Source: an uncultured Gammaproteobacteria bacterium
Lineage (GTDB): Bacteria; Pseudomonadota; Gammaproteobacteria; Steroidobacterales; Rariloculaceae
Direction of reading: 5' to 3'
Assembly (NCBI GenBank): GCA_964466315.1
Contig: CAYXNS010000002.1
Location: forward strand, 29,174 to 93,173
DNA length: 64,000 nucleotides
Positions 46,249 through 54,270 of this stretch are shown piece after piece (positions within the stretch are counted from its first letter, which is position 1; every line of letters starts with the position of its first letter). The translations under genes and the position numbers were made by a program. Under the pieces are notes generated by a model that was not told the DNA's origin, did not search any database, and saw only the letters and a list, made by a program, of their open reading frames with translations.

Positions 46249-47412
46249 ATGAGTAGCCTCGAGAAAGTGATCCGCTCCGAGCACGCGGGTCCTTCCGTGG
46301 CCTTTCGTGAGAGGGCTTACGGTTCGGTCGAACGGCAGAGTTTGATCCGCGATATCTTGGGCCTGGCGAACGCGCTGGTCGACGGGCCGCGCTATCTCAT
46401 CCTGGGGGTACGCGATAATGGTCCCGATGAGCGAAGTTTCGCCGGGCTCTTGGCTAAAGAGGTCGCAGAGGCCGGGGAACTGTATCCGCCAGAGATCTCC
46501 CGCTTCATCGAGCCGGCGCTGGCGATCGATTTGCAGACGCTCGAGCTCGACGGTGCGCTGGTCGCGATCGTCGCTTTGAATGACTGCGTCGAGCCGCCGT
46601 ATCTTCTGAAGGAGAGCGTCTCCAACGCGATGCGCGAGGGTGCTGGTTGGATTCTCAAGTCCAAGGTGCCCGCACGTCTCCGACGGGCAGATCTGCAGCA
46701 GCTCTTCAAGAAAAACCTGTTTGGTCCGGCTCATCAGCCGACCCTTCAGGTGGGTTTCGCGGGCAAGGGCCTCGTCGACGAAATCTCGCTCTCGGTTTTG
46801 AATCTGGATGAGCTTCCGTCGAAACTGGCTGGAGAGAAATTCCGCAAGCTCATGGAGGTCAAGCAGGCATCCCATGACATCGGCGGGAATACCATGACGA
46901 GGATAGAACGGCTCGTGCACGCGCGTGAGTTCGGCGGCACACAACCTTACGAGAAAATCAGCGAGAGCTCGCTCGTGCGGCGGCTGCGTTCTGCCGAAGA
47001 AGAGCATTATTGGGCGGACGATTACTACGAATATGAGACCCGCACACATCACGTCAACATCGTGTTATCGAATATCGGTCAGGTAGCTCTGTGCAATAGT
47101 GTCCTGACGCTCGACTTCCCGCACGTCGAAGGCTTTGGTGTCTCCGAGTACGTACGTGCGCCGCAGGATTGCGAAGAGGACCGCCTGGAAGGCTATCCGG
47201 CCGTTGATACGGGCGAGAAGATGATCCGTGTTCAGGCGGCGGTGGCAGCGGTGCCCTGTCGCTCTACCGTTGCCGCGTTCCCAGAGCCGCTGCGAGTCTG
47301 GATACGCGGAGCCGTCTCCGGTCAGACGCTACCGGTAGACTACCGCCTGCATGCTGCTGGGCTCAAAGAACCTCTCGTTGGCACGCTGCGAATTCATGTG
47401 CATGCGGAGTAG
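46249..47412 (+). CDS. hypothetical protein with an N-terminal AlbA_2/Schlafen-like (divergent AAA-4) region and an unknown C-terminal half
   Basis: VIRSEHAGPSVAFRERAYG...SLIRDILGLANALVDGPRYLILGVRDNG resembles the E..lEfK...i.AfaNt.GG.lliGV.d pattern. Third-position GC favours the plus strand over antisense ORF 46204..47052. Confidence 0.45.
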   Translation: MSSLEKVIRSEHAGPSVAFRERAYGSVERQSLIRDILGLANALVDGPRYLILGVRDNGPDERSFAGLLAKEVAEAGELYPPEISRFIEPALAIDLQTLELDGALVAIVALNDCVEPPYLLKESVSNAMREGAGWILKSKVPARLRRADLQQLFKKNLFGPAHQPTLQVGFAGKGLVDEISLSVLNLDELPSKLAGEKFRKLMEVKQASHDIGGNTMTRIERLVHAREFGGTQPYEKISESSLVRRLRSAEEEHYWADDYYEYETRTHHVNIVLSNIGQVALCNSVLTLDFPHVEGFGVSEYVRAPQDCEEDRLEGYPAVDTGEKMIRVQAAVAAVPCRSTVAAFPEPLRVWIRGAVSGQTLPVDYRLHAAGLKEPLVGTLRIHVHAE

Positions 47413-47469
47413 TCCGTTACGTACTCGGGCGAACTTCCGGCCTGTCAACCGACTCCAACTATCTGCGTT

Positions 47470-47955
47470 GTGGCAGGTATGAAGGAGAATCCGATGAGTT
47501 TGAGGTTTGTTCCGTTCTTCGCCGGGCTCGCTCTAGTCAGTGGCTGTGCGACCTATAGCACTTCCGGCAGCAGCTTTCCACGCTACGAGACACGTACGGC
47601 TTACGACGTCGAGTACGGCGAGGTCGTGGCGACGCGTATCGTCGAGATAGAGGGTGATACATCCTACATCGGCGTCTGGGGTGGCGCGGCTGTAGGGCAC
47701 GCCGTAGGTGGCGCCGTGAGCGACGGGGGGGATACCAGGGACGTTGCTCAGGCGGTCGGTGGCATTGCCGGTGCGGTGGCGGGCGAGGCCATCGAAAAGA
47801 AGATCACGGCCGAGGACGGACTCGAGATCACGGTGCGCCTGGATAACAGCAATACGATTGCCGTCGTTCAAGCTCACGACGAGCTGTTCGTGTCGGGTGA
47901 TCGCGTGCGCGTCCTGTTCGGCCCCCGCGGATCGACTCGCGTTACCGTGCCCTAG
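47470..47955 (+). CDS. glycine-zipper outer-membrane lipoprotein (SlyB / 17-kDa antigen-like)
   Basis: Lipobox LALVSGC. GVWGGAAVGHAVGGAV...AVGGIAGAVAG glycine zipper. Confidence 0.7.
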   Translation: MAGMKENPMSLRFVPFFAGLALVSGCATYSTSGSSFPRYETRTAYDVEYGEVVATRIVEIEGDTSYIGVWGGAAVGHAVGGAVSDGGDTRDVAQAVGGIAGAVAGEAIEKKITAEDGLEITVRLDNSNTIAVVQAHDELFVSGDRVRVLFGPRGSTRVTVP

Positions 47956-48064
47956 CGCGATCCGCCTGTAGCCCCCGAACTTCGCCGGGATCGGCGTCCC
48001 CGCCGAGCGTGACGGCGCTCACAGCGTCTTCTCGATGATTCTGTTCCAATCGGCGGCATCAAGC

Positions 48065-48084
48065 TAGAATAGCATTAGAATAGC
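48065..48084 (+). repeat. tandem TAGAATAGC direct repeat (11-nt period) ~45 nt upstream of the first waaA
   Basis: TAGAATAGC at 48065-48073 and again at 48076-48084. Each copy contains a -10-like TAGAAT. Confidence 0.5.
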
Positions 48085-48125
48085 GGCCTCTGATCACGCC
48101 CAGCAGGGGTAGTGGCGATTCTCGT

Positions 48126-49484
48126 ATGGGGCTGTTGCTCAATTTAGCCTATCTCGTTGCAGTCATCTTGGCATCGCCGTGGTTGATCTATCGTCTTGTC
48201 CTGCGCGGCGATTGGCACGAACTCCCGGCGCGCTTTGGTTGGGGGCTGGGTTCGGGTCTCGAGGGTTCGATCTGGCTGCACGGCGCGTCGGCGGGAGAGA
48301 TCTCATTACTCGAGCCGCTCGTGAAACTCATCGAGCGGGATATGCCGACGACGCCACTCGTGATCTCGGCGTATTCCTCTACGGGCCTGGCCGCCGCTCG
48401 ACGGGCCTATCCCAGGCACCGCGTAATATTCTTCCCGTTCGATCTGACATTTATCGTTTCGCATTTCCTGTCATTCTTCGCCCCGCGCCTGATCGTAATC
48501 GTGGAGTCGGATTTCTGGCCGAATTTTCTTGCCGCTGCACAACGACTCGAGATATCGGTCGCGGTCATCAATGGCAAGATGTCCATGAAGTCCTTCGAGC
48601 GTAATGCGAAAATACATCTTCTGCCTATACTGTTACGTCGTATACTCTTGTTCGCCGTTCAGAGCCAGGAACATGCCGAGCGCCTGCGTCGACTCGGTGT
48701 GCCCGAAGAGCGACTCTGCGTTACGGGCAATATGAAATACGATCTGGTGCGGCCCCTGACCCCACTCGAGCAGGCGGCAGAGATCAGGTCGGCGCTCGGT
48801 TATCGCGACGGCGATGTCGTAGTGATCGGCGGAAGCGTGCACGAAAAAGAGGATGAGGCGCTGTTGGATGCATTCTTGGGCATGACAGCCCACGGTTCTC
48901 CGGGTGCTTTGATTCTCGTTCCGCGCTACCCGCGCGACGCTTACCGCATCGAACAAGCCGTTCGAGCGCGAGGTCAGCCCGCTGTCCTGAAAACCGCGGT
49001 CGACCGAGGTGAACAATCGCCGCCGGGGTCTCGTGGCGTTCTTATCGTCGATACGGTGGGCGAGCTACGCACACTTTACGAGGTAGCCGATATCGCGTTC
49101 GTGGGCGGCAGTCTGTTCAATCGCGGCAGTAATAAAGGCGGCCACAATCTGATGGAGCCGGCAATACTCGGGTTACCGATACTGTTCGGGCCCTATCATT
49201 TCAGCTTCAGAGAAACGGTTGAGGAACTACTTCGAGCCGACGCAGGAATCGAAGTTCAGGACGGCACCGAGTTGGAGGCGGCGTTGATTGCACTCGCCGG
49301 AAATCACGAACGGCGGCAGGATCTGGGTGGCCGCGCACACGACGTCGTGCTGCGTAGTCAGGGGGCGACGCAGAGGAACTACGAGCTGCTCATTCCCCTC
49401 TTGCACTCTGGCGGCGAGCGCTTGCCAGCCTCACCCTTTGAAAGCACAATGCCGCCAGCAGTCGGTGACACAGACTCTACATGA
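48126..49484 (+). CDS. waaA: 3-deoxy-D-manno-octulosonic acid transferase (GT30), divergent paralogue
   Basis: WLHGASAGEISLLEPLVKLI..., ESDFWPNF, VTGNMKYD and VGGSL are the GT30 N- and C-domain motifs. Confidence 0.75.
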   Translation: MGLLLNLAYLVAVILASPWLIYRLVLRGDWHELPARFGWGLGSGLEGSIWLHGASAGEISLLEPLVKLIERDMPTTPLVISAYSSTGLAAARRAYPRHRVIFFPFDLTFIVSHFLSFFAPRLIVIVESDFWPNFLAAAQRLEISVAVINGKMSMKSFERNAKIHLLPILLRRILLFAVQSQEHAERLRRLGVPEERLCVTGNMKYDLVRPLTPLEQAAEIRSALGYRDGDVVVIGGSVHEKEDEALLDAFLGMTAHGSPGALILVPRYPRDAYRIEQAVRARGQPAVLKTAVDRGEQSPPGSRGVLIVDTVGELRTLYEVADIAFVGGSLFNRGSNKGGHNLMEPAILGLPILFGPYHFSFRETVEELLRADAGIEVQDGTELEAALIALAGNHERRQDLGGRAHDVVLRSQGATQRNYELLIPLLHSGGERLPASPFESTMPPAVGDTDST

Positions 49485-50332
49485 CAAAAAGACACGTACA
49501 GATCGGCGACATCGATTGTGGCTCGGATCAGCTATTTCTGATATGTGGCCCGTGTGTAATCGAGGAAGAATCGCTCATGATGGCTACGGCAGAGCGGCTC
49601 AAAGACATTGCGGAAGAGCTCGACCTTCCCTTGGTTTTCAAGTCTTCTTTTTCTAAGGACAATCGAAGCTCGCTCGAGTATTACCAGGGGCCTGGTCTCG
49701 ATGAGGGCCTCAGGATTCTGGAGAGGATAAAGCAAGAGTTCGAGCTACCGCTGCTTACGGATATTCATTATCCGACCCAGGCGGCAACGGCGGCCGAAGT
49801 CGTCGATGTCGTTCAGATCCCGGCCTACCTCTGTATGCAGAGCGAGCTCGTCGTCGCCGCCGCCAAAACAGGCACGGTCGTTAATCTCAAACACGGTCAG
49901 TTTATCGCTCCGGATAACATGGCCAAACCCGTTAAGAAGATCGAAGCATCCGGAAATAACAGAATCTTGATGACGGAGCGCGGCTACACGTTCGGTTATA
50001 ACGATCTGATCGTCGACCCGAGAAGTTTTCTTCTACTGAATCGGATCGGATATCCGGTAGTTTTCGATATCACACACACGATCCGAAAATACGGAATCCC
50101 GAGCAAGGACCCCGAGGGTGGTGGCCGAGAGTATCTTTCGGTTCTCTCCAGGGCCGGAGTTGCGTCCGGTGTTGACGGAATCTTTATCGAAGCGCACCCG
50201 AACCCGCCCGATGCGCTGTGCGATGCTGCAAGTCAATATTACTTGGATCAACTGGCGGAGTTCGTGCGCCCCCTCTTGGACATTCATGCACTCGTTCGAG
50301 AGCAAGCGGCGAGAGCATCAAGCGTAGGATAG
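49481..50332 (+). CDS. kdsA: 3-deoxy-8-phosphooctulonate (Kdo8P) synthase, Cys-type (metal-dependent class)
   Basis: Collinear with E. coli KdsA as I recall it (FKSSFSKDNRSS, GPGLDEGL, DIHYPTQA, QIPAYL, FDITH, FIEAHPNP). GPCVIE has Cys where E. coli has Asn. The ATGA overlaps the waaA stop. Confidence 0.9.
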   Translation: MTKRHVQIGDIDCGSDQLFLICGPCVIEEESLMMATAERLKDIAEELDLPLVFKSSFSKDNRSSLEYYQGPGLDEGLRILERIKQEFELPLLTDIHYPTQAATAAEVVDVVQIPAYLCMQSELVVAAAKTGTVVNLKHGQFIAPDNMAKPVKKIEASGNNRILMTERGYTFGYNDLIVDPRSFLLLNRIGYPVVFDITHTIRKYGIPSKDPEGGGREYLSVLSRAGVASGVDGIFIEAHPNPPDALCDAASQYYLDQLAEFVRPLLDIHALVREQAARASSVG

Positions 50333-50335
50333 CAA

Positions 50336-51373
50336 ATGGATCTCTATTTAGACTCAGTAGATTTCAAGGAAATCGAACGAGCTTTCGAGTTTGGCTTTGT
50401 CAAAGGCCTGACGACGACACCGACGTTCATGCACCGTCACGGGATAACCGATATCGACGGTGCAATCGTCAGGCTTTCGGGTATGGTGCCGGAGTTACAG
50501 GTTGAAGCATTGGGCGATACGGTCGACGCGATTCTTGCCGAGGCGGACCGAATTCTCCAACTGCCTCTGAAAAAAGAGCCAGTCTTCAAGGTGCCAATCT
50601 CGAACGCGGGTGTGACGGCCTGCCAGCGGCTGACGGCGAAGGGCCATCGCGTCAATGTCCACCTGATCTACACGTTGAACCAGGCTTACATGGCGATAGA
50701 AGCCGGTGCTGCATTCGTGTGCCCGCTCGCCGGCCGGTTGCAGGACCAGGGCCATGATGCCGTGAAGCTATTCGAGCAGTGTGCAAAGATCATCGATAAG
50801 CACAACTATTCGAGCAAAGTGATGTTCTCGTCTGTCCGTCATCCCGAACACGTACGGCAGGCGCTACTTTCCGGAGCGCATGTCTGCACCGTGCCGTTCG
50901 GTGTTATGAATCACCTCTGCGATAATTCGCTGACTACCGTTGGTGCCGAGCAATTCCAGGAACACACGCGGCTCATGACGATGAGGGTCGGGGAACTCGT
51001 CCGGCCGCAAAACCCCATCTGCGAGTCCACCGAGACCCTGACGACGGCGATGGTCAAGATGACGGAGTCGCGTCTGGGCACCGTTACGCTCGTAGACGGA
51101 GAAGGCAAGGTTGCCGGAATATTCACCGACGGCGATCTGCGCCGTAGCTTGCAGGAGAATGGGCGCGAGATTCTGGATGAGACATTGGCCCAGATCGGTT
51201 TCTCGGAAAGTCCAGTAACGATCGGTCAAGGCGCATTGTTGGACGAAGCCGTCAAACTCTTCAAAGAGTTCGAGGTCGACAGCATTATCGTGGTCGACGG
51301 CGACAGGCCCTCCGGCGTGCTCGATATCCAGGACCTCGTAAAACTCGGACTTCTTGGTCAAGAACATCTCTAA
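50336..51373 (+). CDS. fusion protein: TalC/FSA-type (small transaldolase family) aldolase domain + KdsD/KpsF-type tandem CBS pair
   Basis: N-terminal ~215 aa: MDLYLDS, GLTTTPT, LQVEAL, VFKVPIS (Schiff-base Lys), NVHLIYTLNQAYMAIEAGAAFVCPLAGRL, SSVRHP. C-terminal ~120 aa: LGTVTLVDGEGKVAGIFTDGDLRR...SIIVVDGDRPSGVLDIQDLVKLG. Confidence 0.75.
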   Translation: MDLYLDSVDFKEIERAFEFGFVKGLTTTPTFMHRHGITDIDGAIVRLSGMVPELQVEALGDTVDAILAEADRILQLPLKKEPVFKVPISNAGVTACQRLTAKGHRVNVHLIYTLNQAYMAIEAGAAFVCPLAGRLQDQGHDAVKLFEQCAKIIDKHNYSSKVMFSSVRHPEHVRQALLSGAHVCTVPFGVMNHLCDNSLTTVGAEQFQEHTRLMTMRVGELVRPQNPICESTETLTTAMVKMTESRLGTVTLVDGEGKVAGIFTDGDLRRSLQENGREILDETLAQIGFSESPVTIGQGALLDEAVKLFKEFEVDSIIVVDGDRPSGVLDIQDLVKLGLLGQEHL

Positions 51374-52076
51374 TCACGATGCCAATTCGAGTGATTCTGG
51401 ACCGGCAGACCGGTTCAGAGAACTCGGCGGAACATTTCTGACTGACGCAGCGGAACTCTCGAAGCGCCTCGAGGCCGTTCGTGCCCTCGTATTCGACTGG
51501 GACGGCGTATTCAACCTTGGGGCCAAAGGGGAGGGCGCCAGCAGTGGCTTCAGTGAAGCCGATTCCATGGGAACCAACATGCTGCGCTACGGATTGTGGC
51601 GGCGCGACGGCGCTCTGCCGATCACGGCGATCGTCACTGGTGTGGACAACTCGACTGCCGAGAGCTTCGCGAAGCGCGAGCACTTTCATGCCATCTATCG
51701 CGGCGTCGCGAATAAAGGGGAGGCAATCGATAGGCTCCGTGCTACCTATCAATTGGAGACGACTCAGATCGCATGCATCTTCGACGACATCAACGATCTC
51801 GGTATGGCGGCGGAATGTGGGGTGCGGTTCCTAGTGCACCGCAGCTCGAGCCCGTTGCTGCGGGACTTTGTATCCCGGAACGACTACTGTGACTACATTA
51901 CGGCCGCGGAGGCGGACGAATTCGCCGTCCGCGAGTGCGTGGAGCTGATGTTGGGCGTTATGGGCGCATTCGATTCCGTCGTGCGGTCGAGGGCAGCTCA
52001 CGATGGTGATTACCAGCGTTACTTCAGTGCCCGCCAGGCGATAGAGACTCAGTTCATGAACGGACCGGAACCATAA
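51354..52076 (+). CDS. KdsC-like HAD-IIIA phosphatase with N- and C-terminal extensions (TTG start)
   Basis: HAD motifs LVFDWDGV (DxDG), AIVTG, ANKGEA, IFDDINDL and FAVRECVELML parallel KdsC. 240 aa versus ~180 for KdsC. Confidence 0.6.
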   Translation: MVKNISNHDANSSDSGPADRFRELGGTFLTDAAELSKRLEAVRALVFDWDGVFNLGAKGEGASSGFSEADSMGTNMLRYGLWRRDGALPITAIVTGVDNSTAESFAKREHFHAIYRGVANKGEAIDRLRATYQLETTQIACIFDDINDLGMAAECGVRFLVHRSSSPLLRDFVSRNDYCDYITAAEADEFAVRECVELMLGVMGAFDSVVRSRAAHDGDYQRYFSARQAIETQFMNGPEP

Positions 52077-52092
52077 CCCGCGGGCCAGGACT

Positions 52093-53406
52093 ATGATGAT
52101 CTGGTCAATCGCCGTCTACTGTCTACTGCCGTTCGTGCTTTTCAATCTGCTCTGGCGCGGAGTCCGCTATCCTGCGTATTGGTTCCGCTGGCCCGAACGC
52201 TTCGGTTATCTCGACTCGATGCAGGGGCAGCGGGTCATCTGGATACATGCCGTGTCGGTCGGGGAGGTACGCTCATCGGCAGAGTTGGTCAACGAGCTAA
52301 CCAGCCGCTACCCGAACCATCGTATCCTCGTCACGACCATGACGCCGACGGGCTCGAAGCAGGTCCACGAGCTGTTTGGTGGTCGCGTCGGGCATGCTTA
52401 CGTGCCCTATGACTTTCCGGGTTCAGTGCGCCGCTTCATGAACAGAGTCGCGCCGGAGTTTGCGGTCGTCGCGGAAACTGAGTTCTGGCCGAATCTATTC
52501 AAGGCCTGCCAGGATCGACGCGTCCCGTTGTTTCTCGTAAACGTACGCTTGTCGCAGGAGTCCCTCAGGGGTTACTTGCGCGTTCCGCGCACGGCGCGTG
52601 CGATGATGGAACGGGCGACGCTTATCTGCGCTCAGACGAATAGCGATGCGCAGCGGCTCAAAAGCCTCGGCGTTTCACGGCCTCGCCTCGAGGTTACCGG
52701 TAACCTGAAGTTCGATGCCCCGTTGCCGGAAACGCTCTTGTCGGCGGCGGTAATCTTGCGGCAGCATTGGGGGGTTGATCGCCCGATTCTCCTAGCGGCG
52801 AGCACGCACGGCGGCGAAGAGCGCCGAATTCTCGTCGCTTTCCGTGTGCTCCGACAGGTCTATTCGGACCTCCTGCTTGTCGTCGTGCCGCGGCATCCCG
52901 AGCGATTTAACTCTGTCGCGCGGCTCTGCCGGCGGGCGGGTGTGGAGGTCGCGCTTCGCAGCCAGCATCGCGGCGACTTGCCGGCTGGGGTCGGCATCAT
53001 GGTTGGAGATACCATGGGCGAACTCCAGCACCTCTATGCTGCGGCGGATATCGCGTTCGTCGGCGGCAGCCTGGTCGGTATCGGGGGGCACAATCTACTG
53101 GAACCCTGTGCTGTCGGTGTGCCCGTGATCTTCGGCCCACATATGTTTCACTTCGAGGAAATAAGTTCGATGGTCATCGAGTGCGGTGCTGGCAGCCAGG
53201 TTTACGATGAGCATGGTCTTGTGGATAAAGTCGCGATGTATCTGGAGCAGCCTGCGTTGCGCAAGGCTGCGGGGCAGGCCGCTCGCCTGCTCGTGGCGGA
53301 GAATCGCGGTGCGGTTGAACGGACTATGCAGCTCATATCCGAGTCTCTGCGCTGGGAGAGTCCCGAGCGGGATGCTACGACCTCCGTATCGGCACTCCAT
53401 GATTGA
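52093..53406 (+). CDS. waaA: 3-deoxy-D-manno-octulosonic acid transferase (GT30), canonical-looking paralogue
   Basis: WIHAVSVGEVRSSAELVNEL, ETEFWPNL, VTGNLKFD, FVGGSLV. Confidence 0.85.
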   Translation: MMIWSIAVYCLLPFVLFNLLWRGVRYPAYWFRWPERFGYLDSMQGQRVIWIHAVSVGEVRSSAELVNELTSRYPNHRILVTTMTPTGSKQVHELFGGRVGHAYVPYDFPGSVRRFMNRVAPEFAVVAETEFWPNLFKACQDRRVPLFLVNVRLSQESLRGYLRVPRTARAMMERATLICAQTNSDAQRLKSLGVSRPRLEVTGNLKFDAPLPETLLSAAVILRQHWGVDRPILLAASTHGGEERRILVAFRVLRQVYSDLLLVVVPRHPERFNSVARLCRRAGVEVALRSQHRGDLPAGVGIMVGDTMGELQHLYAAADIAFVGGSLVGIGGHNLLEPCAVGVPVIFGPHMFHFEEISSMVIECGAGSQVYDEHGLVDKVAMYLEQPALRKAAGQAARLLVAENRGAVERTMQLISESLRWESPERDATTSVSALHD

Positions 53407-53409
53407 TTA

Positions 53410-54270
53410 GTGCCATTGCGGCGAGCGTCGGCTTCGCGGACAACATACGGGTCAATACTTAGGTCGAGTGCTTTGAATCTCTGTCGTCATACCGCGTGCG
53501 TCGTTTTGTGTGCTGCCGCGCCGAACACTCACGCTTTCGGCTCTGATGGTCACCGCATCGCGGCGCTCATTGCAGAGCCGTATCTGTGTGCGGCGGCGAC
53601 GGTCGAGATCGATCGTCTCGGTAATGGTGATTATCTTACCGAGCTCGGCTTGTGGGCAGATCGGATCCGCACACTGCCGCCCTGGAATGACTCCGGGCCT
53701 TGGCACTATATGAATATCGCCGACGGGGACTTGCTCGAGAATTATCGATCTCCGCCGGAGGGAGATATTCTCTGGGCAATTGCGAACTTTCGCTCGCGTC
53801 TGGAGGATACCGGGCTTGCGAGGGAACGGCGCGGCGAAGCCTTGAGATTCCTGGTGCACTTCGTCGTGGATTTGCACCAGCCACTGCATGTGGGACGTGA
53901 CACAGACCGTGGCGGCAACACGATCGAAGTTTTTCTTGACCGGAAACGGATCACCCTCCACCGTTTCTGGGACACGGAAGCGATCGGCGCAGATGCGTTG
54001 CCGGTCGAACGGTTCCTGCGCAACGCGATGCCAACTGTCCGGCGACTTGCTGCTGGCCACCGGTCCAGCCCGGCGCGCCAGTGGGCGGCGGAGAGTCTCG
54101 CACTCCGCGACGTCGTCTACGCTTTCGACGCCGAGACACGGCAGCTCGACGAAAACTATCTCGAGATTGCCGCTGACGTCGTGCAAAAACGCTTAATACA
54201 GGCAGGTATACGCCTCGCCGATGAGCTCAATAGTGCGTTCTGCCCCGAGAGCGCTTCACTCAGTCCGTAG
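53410..54270 (+). CDS. S1/P1 nuclease family protein, exported (GTG start)
   Basis: AFGSDGHRIAA...WADRIR...GPWHYMNI...HFVVDLHQPLHVG...DRGGN...LHRFWD. Confidence 0.8.
   Translation: MPLRRASASRTTYGSILRSSALNLCRHTACVVLCAAAPNTHAFGSDGHRIAALIAEPYLCAAATVEIDRLGNGDYLTELGLWADRIRTLPPWNDSGPWHYMNIADGDLLENYRSPPEGDILWAIANFRSRLEDTGLARERRGEALRFLVHFVVDLHQPLHVGRDTDRGGNTIEVFLDRKRITLHRFWDTEAIGADALPVERFLRNAMPTVRRLAAGHRSSPARQWAAESLALRDVVYAFDAETRQLDENYLEIAADVVQKRLIQAGIRLADELNSAFCPESASLSP

Noticed and set aside
46204-47052. 282-codon minus-strand ORF opposite the AlbA_2-like gene, considered as the real gene or as an overlapping-gene pair.
   Set aside because: Its sequence is Arg/Leu-rich and featureless. The plus-strand frame has the higher third-position GC and a recognisable N-terminal domain. 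I kept it only as a note in the finding.
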